Positions 18,785 to 25,516 of a DNA stretch of 25,516 bases are shown piece after piece; within the stretch, counting starts at the first letter, position 1, and the number at the start of each line of letters is the position of its first letter. The DNA is from Candidatus Bathyarchaeia archaeon (lineage in GTDB: Archaea; Thermoproteota; Bathyarchaeia; Bathyarchaeales; Bathycorpusculaceae). Made by a program: the position numbers and the translations under genes. The notes below the pieces were generated by a model that saw nothing but the letters and a program-made list of their open reading frames with translations, had not been told where the DNA came from and did no database searches. The DNA lies in NCBI GenBank assembly GCA_049512075.1, contig JBEKXL010000031.1:1-25516 (forward strand), in the 5' to 3' direction.

Positions 18785-18861
18785 GTTTTCTGTACACCTC
18801 TTGCCTCTCCTCTTTCCAGAAGAAAGATATAATGGTTAGCGTGCGGTCGAACGTTGCGCGC

Positions 18862-19153
18862 TGGCTTGTCCCTAAAATGGTTAAAAATGGTTTTTATTCT
18901 TCTTTTGTCTTTTCGCGTTTGATATGGGCTTGTTTTCTGGGCAAATCTTGGCCGCGCGCTAAGATGGCAAATCAACGGGTTCCAACAAATCCTGAAGGAA
19001 GTAGAGTTTTTCCATAACACGTTGAGGCTGCACCTAGCCCGTTTGGAACTTCAAGGCACGCAAGAGGACCAAAAACAGATGCACACCTCAAAACTGCCCC
19101 CAAACCCGAAAACAAGACTTATAGCCATTTTAGACCAATTTCGGGACAAGGCA
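18862..19153. mobile_element. 292-bp MITE-like non-autonomous element
   Basis: Imperfect terminal inverted repeats TGGCTTGTCCCTAAAATGGTTAAAAATGG vs TGCCTTGTCCCGAAATTGGTCTAAAATGG (24/29, extending to 35/45). GCGCGC on both flanks (18856-18861, 19154-19159). Second copy at 25396. Confidence 0.78.
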
Positions 19154-19357
19154 GCGCGCTGAAGTTTTTTTGAAATCGAACATCGAAAATACGCCCGCAA
19201 CAGCCAGGGCCAGTATCAAGGGTTTCCAAAGAGGCCGCCTACCCAAGCTTGAACAATAGAGGCAAGATTATTCGCGCGCGCGACTCTTATCCGTCTTTTG
19301 TAACGACATTCTATCCAGCACACGTTGAAGGCTCGCTAAAACGGTGAACAAGCACAA

Positions 19358-20416
19358 CTAGGGATAAAGGGTTTTCAACGTAAAGTCCACCCAGTAGACG
19401 CCGTTGCAGTTGGGTATTTCACCAAACAGTCTGTTAGCTATGGTTTTGTAGGGGTCCGCCAGTTTGGACCACCATGCTCTGTCAGAATCGTAGCCTATTT
19501 GGAAGCCGATGTTTGAAGACTGGAAACGGGTTGCCCACTGATTGAATTCATCAACCAAAGCATCTATGTTCGGGAAGCCTTGGCTGTCATCAACGAACAC
19601 TAAGCCCACAGGGTGAATTGTCGGCATTTTTTCGATGAGCCAATGCTTCAAGAATAGCTGGTAGCTCGAGTTGTACGATTTGACCTCGTTAAGCCAACTT
19701 AGTGCTTCCTCGCTGGTGACGGCTCTGCCGTCTGGATACTGTCCCGACTGTAACCATTCAACGTCCACGCCGAAGCCTATAACGCAGGAATGGTGTTGGT
19801 AGCGTTGCAGAACAAGATTGATGAGCGTACTCACGTTCGCATCCGCAGGCTCAACCTGCAGCCAAACCTTCAAACCAGCCGCATCGAAATCGTTAAAATA
19901 CTTCTCATTCTCGTCAGTGTGGGAAAACATTATGTTTGGATAAGCCACCGAAGAATTAAAAGTGAGGTGACATTCCTGACCCACTATCTCGCCAAGAATC
20001 CAAATCCCACTAGGAACAGAGTTTCCAATCTTTGAAGCCATGTCCTCTGCCACATTAACCCAGTAGCTGGGCTCCACTTCCGTCTGAAACTCATACGGAG
20101 AACTCCTCCACCCCGCAAGAACCTGACTTACGCCGATGCCAGTCTGTCCGTAATGCACAGCCAAAATCACCAAGTCACCCAAATCAACTTTGCCATCACC
20201 GTTAATGTCCGCGTTGCTGTTCCAACGTGGATCAACCGGCCCCGAACCGAAAGCGCTTGCAAGAATTCTCAGGTCCAAAAGATTGACCGCCCCGTCACCA
20301 TTTATGTCTCCAAGAATCGCCGCAGCTAAGCTGCCCGTCCGAAACTGGACGGCGAAAATCAATAGGCTCGAAAACAACAACGACAGCAACAGGCATGAAA
20401 GAACTCTTTTCGACAT
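19358..20416 (-). CDS. Secreted dockerin-containing protein with putative TIM-barrel glycoside-hydrolase-like domain
   Basis: Signal peptide, duplicated Ca-binding loops GDINGDGAVNLLD / ADINGDGKVDLGD, then ~260 aa with VWLQVEP, GFGVDVEW, LKHW, FVDDSQ, FQIGY, WVDF motifs. Confidence 0.75.
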   Translation of the reverse strand: MSKRVLSCLLLSLLFSSLLIFAVQFRTGSLAAAILGDINGDGAVNLLDLRILASAFGSGPVDPRWNSNADINGDGKVDLGDLVILAVHYGQTGIGVSQVLAGWRSSPYEFQTEVEPSYWVNVAEDMASKIGNSVPSGIWILGEIVGQECHLTFNSSVAYPNIMFSHTDENEKYFNDFDAAGLKVWLQVEPADANVSTLINLVLQRYQHHSCVIGFGVDVEWLQSGQYPDGRAVTSEEALSWLNEVKSYNSSYQLFLKHWLIEKMPTIHPVGLVFVDDSQGFPNIDALVDEFNQWATRFQSSNIGFQIGYDSDRAWWSKLADPYKTIANRLFGEIPNCNGVYWVDFTLKTLYP

Positions 20417-20616
20417 TTCTCACTCAGTATTCCGAGTATGCTGAGCAGGGAAATAACAGTTGCGTAGACTGGTTTCTAGCCTCGCGCCACTGTTCTTTCG
20501 GTTTCTGTTACCGCGCGCGCACATTCTTTTTCTGCCTGACCACTTTAACTCTACTCTCCCCCCTCAGCAAGGCCGTCTCAGAAACAGCTTTTTAACGGCA
20601 AAAAGCCCCTGTTGAC

Positions 20617-20760
20617 TGTGGGCTTGGCGAACCGTGTTGTTTCAAGGCGAGATCGGACCATTCTGTCTAGGAAATTCAACCAGTCCTCCTAGCTTTTGGA
20701 AATCTCGCTGGAAAGGACATTCATTCCCTCATGAAAAAGGCCGGTTCGCTAGGCTCCACA
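20617..20760 (+). ncRNA. Candidate structured non-coding RNA of unknown family
   Basis: Closing stem 20617-20634/20742-20760 with G-U pairs, nested stems, TATA-like TTTTTAA ~25 nt upstream. Confidence 0.5.
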
Positions 20761-20843
20761 AATTCGCGTATGCAATGAGAGATGACGATCATATTAAGCA
20801 CATGAACATTCAGGCCTACCTTCAGAGTGAACACGTTGACTTT

Positions 20844-20990
20844 GTGAAGGAAGACATTTTCGTGAACATCACGCTCTGCCGTGTTCCAGATGATTTGTTA
20901 CGGGAGTTTGCCCACAAAGTGGTTGTCAACTATCCAGACGGCATGAGCGAAGCCGTACAGGATTTGATGAGGAGGGCGTTGAAGGAATGA
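20844..20990 (+). CDS. Small ribbon-helix-helix-like protein (48 aa)
   Basis: VNITLCRVPDDLLREF...GMSEAVQDLMRRAL fits the RHH strand-helix-helix pattern. GTG 20844 chosen; TATA-like TATTAAG at ~20792. Confidence 0.6.
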   Translation: MKEDIFVNITLCRVPDDLLREFAHKVVVNYPDGMSEAVQDLMRRALKE

Positions 20991-21169
20991 GCAGGTTTCC
21001 AAGATGCGAAGAAGGCAGCTGCGAGATTGTGCCGAGCGTCAACAACCGTGAACTGTCGCTTAAACGGGCTGAGGATGAAGTACGTTACGGTAGGCTTTGG
21101 GCCGAGGTTGAGCTGCCAAAACTCTTGGCTTACAAAGAACCGAACAGAGAAGACAACAAGCAGCCGTGA
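20987..21169 (+). CDS. Hypothetical protein, 60 aa
   Basis: ATGA overlap with the upstream stop; SD-like GAGGAGG and GAAGG upstream. Confidence 0.5.
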   Translation: MSRFPRCEEGSCEIVPSVNNRELSLKRAEDEVRYGRLWAEVELPKLLAYKEPNREDNKQP

Positions 21170-21262
21170 TTCCGCGTTAAGAGTTGTAGGATTCAGGTGT
21201 TGACAGCATAGCGCGCGACTCCCGAAAAAGTGAACTGGTTTAGAGCGGACGAAGGCTGCGTG

Positions 21263-22120
21263 TTAGGTGAACTCTTTTCTCTCGAAGAGGATTAGTCCCA
21301 GAACCCCTGTGACGATGAAATACAGTGCTATGATTACGAGTCCTTCCGGAACCGATGCGGCGAAAGTGGTGATAGTGATCGTACGAGGGCCAAAGTGCTC
21401 GACAGTCACAGTGGTGTGAGGCGGATAGGGCACGGTTAGTATGCTTCCTATTATTTGTCCCCCGTAGGTCAGGATGAACCAGGGCTCAACCTGAACGAGA
21501 TCTGCGACAAGCGACTGGATGAGTGTGAACACGAACAAAAAGAGGATAGCAGTCACGATAATGGACATTGAGCTGCTCTTGAACAGCGAACTGAAAAAGA
21601 AAGTGACCCCGAGGACAGCCACAAGATAGAACCATGCAAAGAGCACAGAATAGCCGAATTGGTACGGCACGTTTATGCCAAAGTAGTACATCCCGTTGCT
21701 GACCGTGATCGCCGTGAACACAACCAATATTACGGTAGCCGCGATGAAAGCTGCCAACCACTTACCCACATAAATGGACGACCTTCTAATCGGGTTCGGA
21801 ACTCCAAAGTAGCCCGTCTTGTTCTGAAATTCTCCTGAAATGGCATCGCCACCGAAGAAAATGCCGGAAAGCACGATGACGAAAGTGACGGAATTACCCC
21901 ACCAACCAGAATAGAACGACAGGTCAGAAGCTAGAAAGCCCACAGGACGATAGTACCCTACTATGAAAGTGAGAAGCGCACCTATCAGAAGAGTTATGAT
22001 TAGAAGTATGAAGAACCTGCGCGACCTGAAATAATCCAGAAACGTGTATTTCAACGTGATGCCAACCTGCGTCAGGCTGCCCGGCACCGTGTTCGCGGAT
22101 ACAGTTTCTTTCTCGTTCAT
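21263..22120 (-). CDS. ABC-2 type exporter permease
   Basis: Six TM segments; DAISGEFQNKTG and PIRRSSIYVGKWLA motifs. Confidence 0.9.
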   Translation of the reverse strand: MNEKETVSANTVPGSLTQVGITLKYTFLDYFRSRRFFILLIITLLIGALLTFIVGYYRPVGFLASDLSFYSGWWGNSVTFVIVLSGIFFGGDAISGEFQNKTGYFGVPNPIRRSSIYVGKWLAAFIAATVILVVFTAITVSNGMYYFGINVPYQFGYSVLFAWFYLVAVLGVTFFFSSLFKSSSMSIIVTAILFLFVFTLIQSLVADLVQVEPWFILTYGGQIIGSILTVPYPPHTTVTVEHFGPRTITITTFAASVPEGLVIIALYFIVTGVLGLILFERKEFT

Positions 22121-22126
22121 GCTTGA

Positions 22127-23086
22127 TCACAACGTGCTCGTGATTAGCTTGAGATACGCGTCTTCGAGCTCCGATGACGCGGGCCTGTAACTGATCACCC
22201 CAATGTTCATTCCCACCAAGTCAGACAGAACCCGTTCCTGCACATCCAAGCCTCCGCTGAACTTAATTCTCAGAGTTTTATCGTCTTTCATCTCTGCCGT
22301 GACCACGTCTGCAAGAGTTGCTATTTCTCTGGTCACTAGCCCCGTGTCGATGGGACGTTGCAGCCCGACCTCCACGATGTTTTCTCCGCCTGAAACCTTT
22401 GCCGACACGTTGGAAATCGTGTCATAAACGATCAGCTTGCCATGATCGATCATTGCGACTTCATCGCAGACTTCCGAAACCTCACTGAGAATATGGGAAC
22501 TCATGAAAATCAACCTCTCCTTGCGCTTCAAGGATTTCACGATGTCCCTGACTTCGCTCATTCCACGGGGGTCAAGGCCGTTGGTGGGCTCGTCCAGGAT
22601 GAGTATGGTTGGATCGCTCAATAGTGCAGAGGCAATGCATATTCTCTGTTTCATTCCCTTAGAAAGCTTGCCAACTCTCTTATCCATCCATTCTTCCATT
22701 CGCACTTCAGAGACCGCTTTCTCAATTCGCCCACTTCGCTCTGCCTTAGGCACTCCCCTAATCTCGGCGATCATCATAAGCGCTTCCCTAGGCGTTAGCG
22801 AAGGGTAAATCTCAGGAGTCTCAATCAAAGTACCCACAGACTCCAACGCTTTCTTCTTGTCAGTGTGCACGTTCACGCCGTTTATCAGAGCCTGCCCAGC
22901 GGACGGTCTAATTAGATCAGTAAACATTTTGAGAGTAGTCGTCTTCCCCGCACCGTTCGGACCCAAAAACCCCACACACTTCGACCCCACAAGCTTCAAG
23001 CCCAAATCCGAAACGGCAACAAACGAACCGTAACGTTTGGAAAGATTCACAGCCTCTAATGACAGATCTGTCAAGGTAACCAGCAC
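22127..23086 (-). CDS. ABC exporter ATP-binding protein
   Basis: Walker A GPNGAGKTT, signature LSKGMKQR, Walker B ILILDEP, H-loop SSH. Confidence 0.95.
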   Translation of the reverse strand: MLVTLTDLSLEAVNLSKRYGSFVAVSDLGLKLVGSKCVGFLGPNGAGKTTTLKMFTDLIRPSAGQALINGVNVHTDKKKALESVGTLIETPEIYPSLTPREALMMIAEIRGVPKAERSGRIEKAVSEVRMEEWMDKRVGKLSKGMKQRICIASALLSDPTILILDEPTNGLDPRGMSEVRDIVKSLKRKERLIFMSSHILSEVSEVCDEVAMIDHGKLIVYDTISNVSAKVSGGENIVEVGLQRPIDTGLVTREIATLADVVTAEMKDDKTLRIKFSGGLDVQERVLSDLVGMNIGVISYRPASSELEDAYLKLITSTL

Positions 23087-23311
23087 CCACCCATTAAGTA
23101 CTTGTCGATCGCAGTTATCTTCAGGCTGTTCACCATATCTTCAGGTCACCATGCAAACCGCAAAAGGTGATCGCCACACTCAGGGGGCGCGGTTATTAAG
23201 CTTTTTCCAGAATTGAACACAGTTCCAACAAAAGCACATGGCGCTTGCGGCGCCCAGCGAAATAGCACGCACGCCTGAGTCAGAACTTTTCCTGCGTCAC
23301 CGCACGCGAGA

Positions 23312-23352
23312 GTTCAAACTGTTTGTACAAGTCCGTTCAAACTATTTGTACA
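23312..23352. promoter_or_regulatory. Tandem near-palindromic operator-like repeats
   Basis: GTTCAAACTGTTTGTACA (23312-23329) and GTTCAAACTATTTGTACA (23335-23352), 17/18 identical. Confidence 0.55.
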
Positions 23353-23425
23353 GACACTCAGAAACGTACAAAAACGTAGAATTAACTCCTTCGGCGGCTT
23401 ATCATTTTCCTGGTGATGAGAGGGG

Positions 23426-23758
23426 ATGGCGAACATAAACGTTCAGCTAAGGAATAGCGGAAGAGATAGGATAGCCATAGTTGCGGAAATTCTGGAGATG
23501 GCACGCCAAGGAGTGCTTAAGACCAACATAATGTACAAGGGAGGACTGAATTCGCATATGCTGAACAAGTACCTCGGGCTCATGATGAACGCCAAACTGC
23601 TGGAGAAAGTCTTGATGAACAACAGAGTAGTGTACAAAGCAACCCACAGGGGCACGGAGTTCCTGTACCACTGCTATGAAATCGAAAGACTGCTAGAAAC
23701 CGAGAACGTTGCAAACAAACCCGACGGAAGAATCCAACTTCTTCCAAGCAGTCCATAG
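23426..23758 (+). CDS. Winged-helix transcriptional regulator (archaeal ArnR1-like/HTH_45 type)
   Basis: RDRIAIVAEILE..KTNIMYKGGLN..YL..L..YKATHRGTEFL pattern. SD-like GAGGGG. Confidence 0.85.
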   Translation: MANINVQLRNSGRDRIAIVAEILEMARQGVLKTNIMYKGGLNSHMLNKYLGLMMNAKLLEKVLMNNRVVYKATHRGTEFLYHCYEIERLLETENVANKPDGRIQLLPSSP

Positions 23759-23867
23759 CGCACGCTCATCTTTATAAGTAATGCGGGGATATACTAGGGA
23801 AAGATGTGCCGATAGGTCATTGCAAGACTGTTTTCTCGTGAAATGGTTTGCTTTTGCTTAGCGCGCG

Positions 23868-24071
23868 ATGAAGGAAGTCATATTGTTGCTGAATTTCAAG
23901 GATGTTAGGAAGTGCAGAAATTCCGTAGAACTGAATGAGTTCATCGAAAAGTACGCTGCCCAGGGAAACCCGTCAAGCGAGAGTTTCGATAGCATATACT
24001 GGAACCTGTTCGAAGAATGGAAAAAAGCCTTAAAGGCGAAACCCGGACGCACACTTCAACGCTCGCGCTGA
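23868..24071 (+). CDS. Hypothetical protein, 67 aa, possibly a remnant
   Basis: ORF with protein-like composition. TATA-like CTTTATAAG at 23770, but stops lie between it and the ATG. Confidence 0.35.
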   Translation: MKEVILLLNFKDVRKCRNSVELNEFIEKYAAQGNPSSESFDSIYWNLFEEWKKALKAKPGRTLQRSR

Positions 24072-24132
24072 GCGCACGCTAGCACGTTTGCCAAATCCCT
24101 GCCAGCTCGTCTTCACGTCAAATCAGTTCTGT

Positions 24133-24444
24133 CTAGATTTTGCCCAGAATAGTGTTCCTCAGCTCCGCGTATTTCTTCTCAAGGTCTTCTTTCAGCGTGG
24201 CGGTTTCTGAGGTCAGTCTGGCCTTCACCTGCGTGTTCAAGTCTTTTGCTTTCATGATGTCCTGGTCTATTTTTTCCAAGTCATGCTTCGCAGAATACTT
24301 TAGTTCTTCAGCCTTCTTCAACGCCTCCACCTTGATCTTTTCAATGCTTGCCAGTTGACCTCTTATGTCCACTTCTCTCTTGCCGAGTTCTTCCCGCATC
24401 TTGGTCAGCTTTTTCTGGAATTCAAATTCAAAAGACTCGCTCAT
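24133..24444 (-). CDS. Small charged coiled-coil hypothetical protein
   Basis: 103 aa, E/K/L-rich with heptad character. Confidence 0.75.
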   Translation of the reverse strand: MSESFEFEFQKKLTKMREELGKREVDIRGQLASIEKIKVEALKKAEELKYSAKHDLEKIDQDIMKAKDLNTQVKARLTSETATLKEDLEKKYAELRNTILGKI

Positions 24445-24656
24445 TATCCAGCACCTTCTACTCTAGAGCGGTATTGGCGTAGCATAAGCCTTTCGCGGGC
24501 GCGAGCAAGAAAAGGGGAGCTTACTAGTTTCCCAAGTTTGCCTATCGAGTATTCTGGTCTCGCGCTGAGGAAGATTAATCCTGGAAGCGCGCGCTGATGA
24601 GAGGAGAAGCCCAGAAGCAGAAGCAAAACATTGAGCCCGTGTGCTAACAGTTTACC

Positions 24657-24896
24657 CTACTTGTCTATTTCAAGAAGCCGAAGTGAGCGAATTAGCGAGA
24701 TTTCTCGCTCCGTTACTTCTTCAGTCTTTCTAACTGTTTCCTCCGTGGCTGAAGACGCGAAAGCCACTTTCCTTCCAAAAGGGTTATGGGGAGCGCGCAC
24801 AAACACAACTGGGCACCCTTCATTTTCACAAGAATATTTGGATTTGCTATCTTTAACCAAGGGTTTGCCGCACTGTGGACAGTTCACCATCTTCAT
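24657..24896 (-). CDS. Small zinc-ribbon protein
   Basis: CPQCG-x11-CENEGC. Start at ATG 24896 or 24890. Confidence 0.65.
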   Translation of the reverse strand: MKMVNCPQCGKPLVKDSKSKYSCENEGCPVVFVRAPHNPFGRKVAFASSATEETVRKTEEVTEREISLIRSLRLLEIDK

Positions 24897-25074
24897 CACG
24901 CAACACGAATAACGTTCCCACGAACGATTATACAGGTTATTTCGAACTTGACAATATAGCAAGAACAGACAAATCAGCTGAACCAAAGCCTACTTAGCGC
25001 ACGCTATTCTTGCCTTCGTCGCTCTTGTTTTGTCAATTTTTGAAACCTTAACCGCGCGCGAGTAAGAGTGAATG

Positions 25075-25258
25075 TTTCGTGGAGAGAACCTCTAGAACTA
25101 GGTTCCACAAGAAATAAAAGCGGTTTTTCGGTAATCTTGTGTGGAGAGTACCCAAGGAGAAGGGAGAACTAGTTCGCGGGGAGAGTGTCATACTAGGAGA
25201 AAGGAGAAACCTGGAATTCCCTGCGGGAAACCCCAGAATTCTGTTGGCACTCTCCATT
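25075..25258 (+). ncRNA. Candidate structured RNA with seven GGAGA motifs
   Basis: Serial hairpins, 11-bp stem 25180-25190/25245-25255, GAAA tetraloop, TATA-like AAACCTTAA at ~25043-25051. Confidence 0.45.
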
Positions 25259-25395
25259 AAATAAGTTGGTTAACCTAGGCCTAAAAAATTTGTCCAGAAC
25301 TAATCAAAATCTGTAATGATTCTTCACTCAAAAAGCCCGTTCTAACAGGTGCAGCTGGGCCTTTCGTTGTTAGAAATGCAAACGTTAACGCGCGC

Positions 25396-25516
25396 TGGCT
25401 TGTCCCTAAAATGGTCTAAAATGGTTTTTATTCTTCTTTTATCTATTGGAGCTTGATTTGGGCCTGGTTCGTAGGCAAATCCTGACCGCGCTGAAAGCCG
25501 GCAAATCACGGGGTTC
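25396..25516. mobile_element. Second, truncated copy of the MITE-like element
   Basis: Colinear with 18862-~18983: near-identical first ~45 bp, then diverged but alignable. Again preceded by GCGCGC (25390-25395). Confidence 0.78.

Noticed and set aside
20634-20843. N-terminal 70 aa of the 118-aa ORF
   Set aside because: Overlaps the structured element and a TATA-like box; protein-like signal starts only at 20844.
23115-23153. Short duplication ATCTTCAGG..TCACCAT upstream of the ABC ATPase
   Set aside because: Only two short degenerate copies; likely slippage.
23312-23352. Direct repeats as a mini-CRISPR
   Set aside because: Two 18-bp units with a 5-bp spacer and no cas genes; incompatible with CRISPR geometry.
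601-24912. Numerous ORF-track entries nested in or antisense to identified genes
   Set aside because: Shadow frames without motifs.
25048-25257. 69-aa minus-strand ORF
   Set aside because: Ser/Pro/Leu bias reflects the TCTCC repeats; structure signals favour a non-coding role, though not excluded.

Overview
Archaeal genomic fragment, most likely class Bathyarchaeia. This is inferred from the gene order rpl10e-ppsA-dph2-METTL5-like-csl4-rpoL-DUF99-tfs and from NosD/PEF-CTERM, cohesin and dockerin surface proteins. The conserved exosome/RNA-polymerase gene string is interrupted by accessory genes and several frameshifted remnants. Both ends of the window run into mobile-element DNA: an IS200/IS605-type end at the left and a second copy of a MITE-like element at the right. 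Most notable observations: (1) a GCGCGC/AGCGYRCGCT palindrome strongly over-represented in non-coding DNA and sitting exactly at the ends of a 292-bp MITE-like element present twice; (2) two intergenic candidate structured ncRNAs with TATA-like boxes, G-U-supported stems and repeated GGA motifs; (3) a membrane-anchored single-cohesin protein plus a secreted dockerin-bearing putative glycoside hydrolase, a possible minimal cohesin-dockerin display system. I saw no tRNA, rRNA or CRISPR array. All counts and alignments were made by eye.
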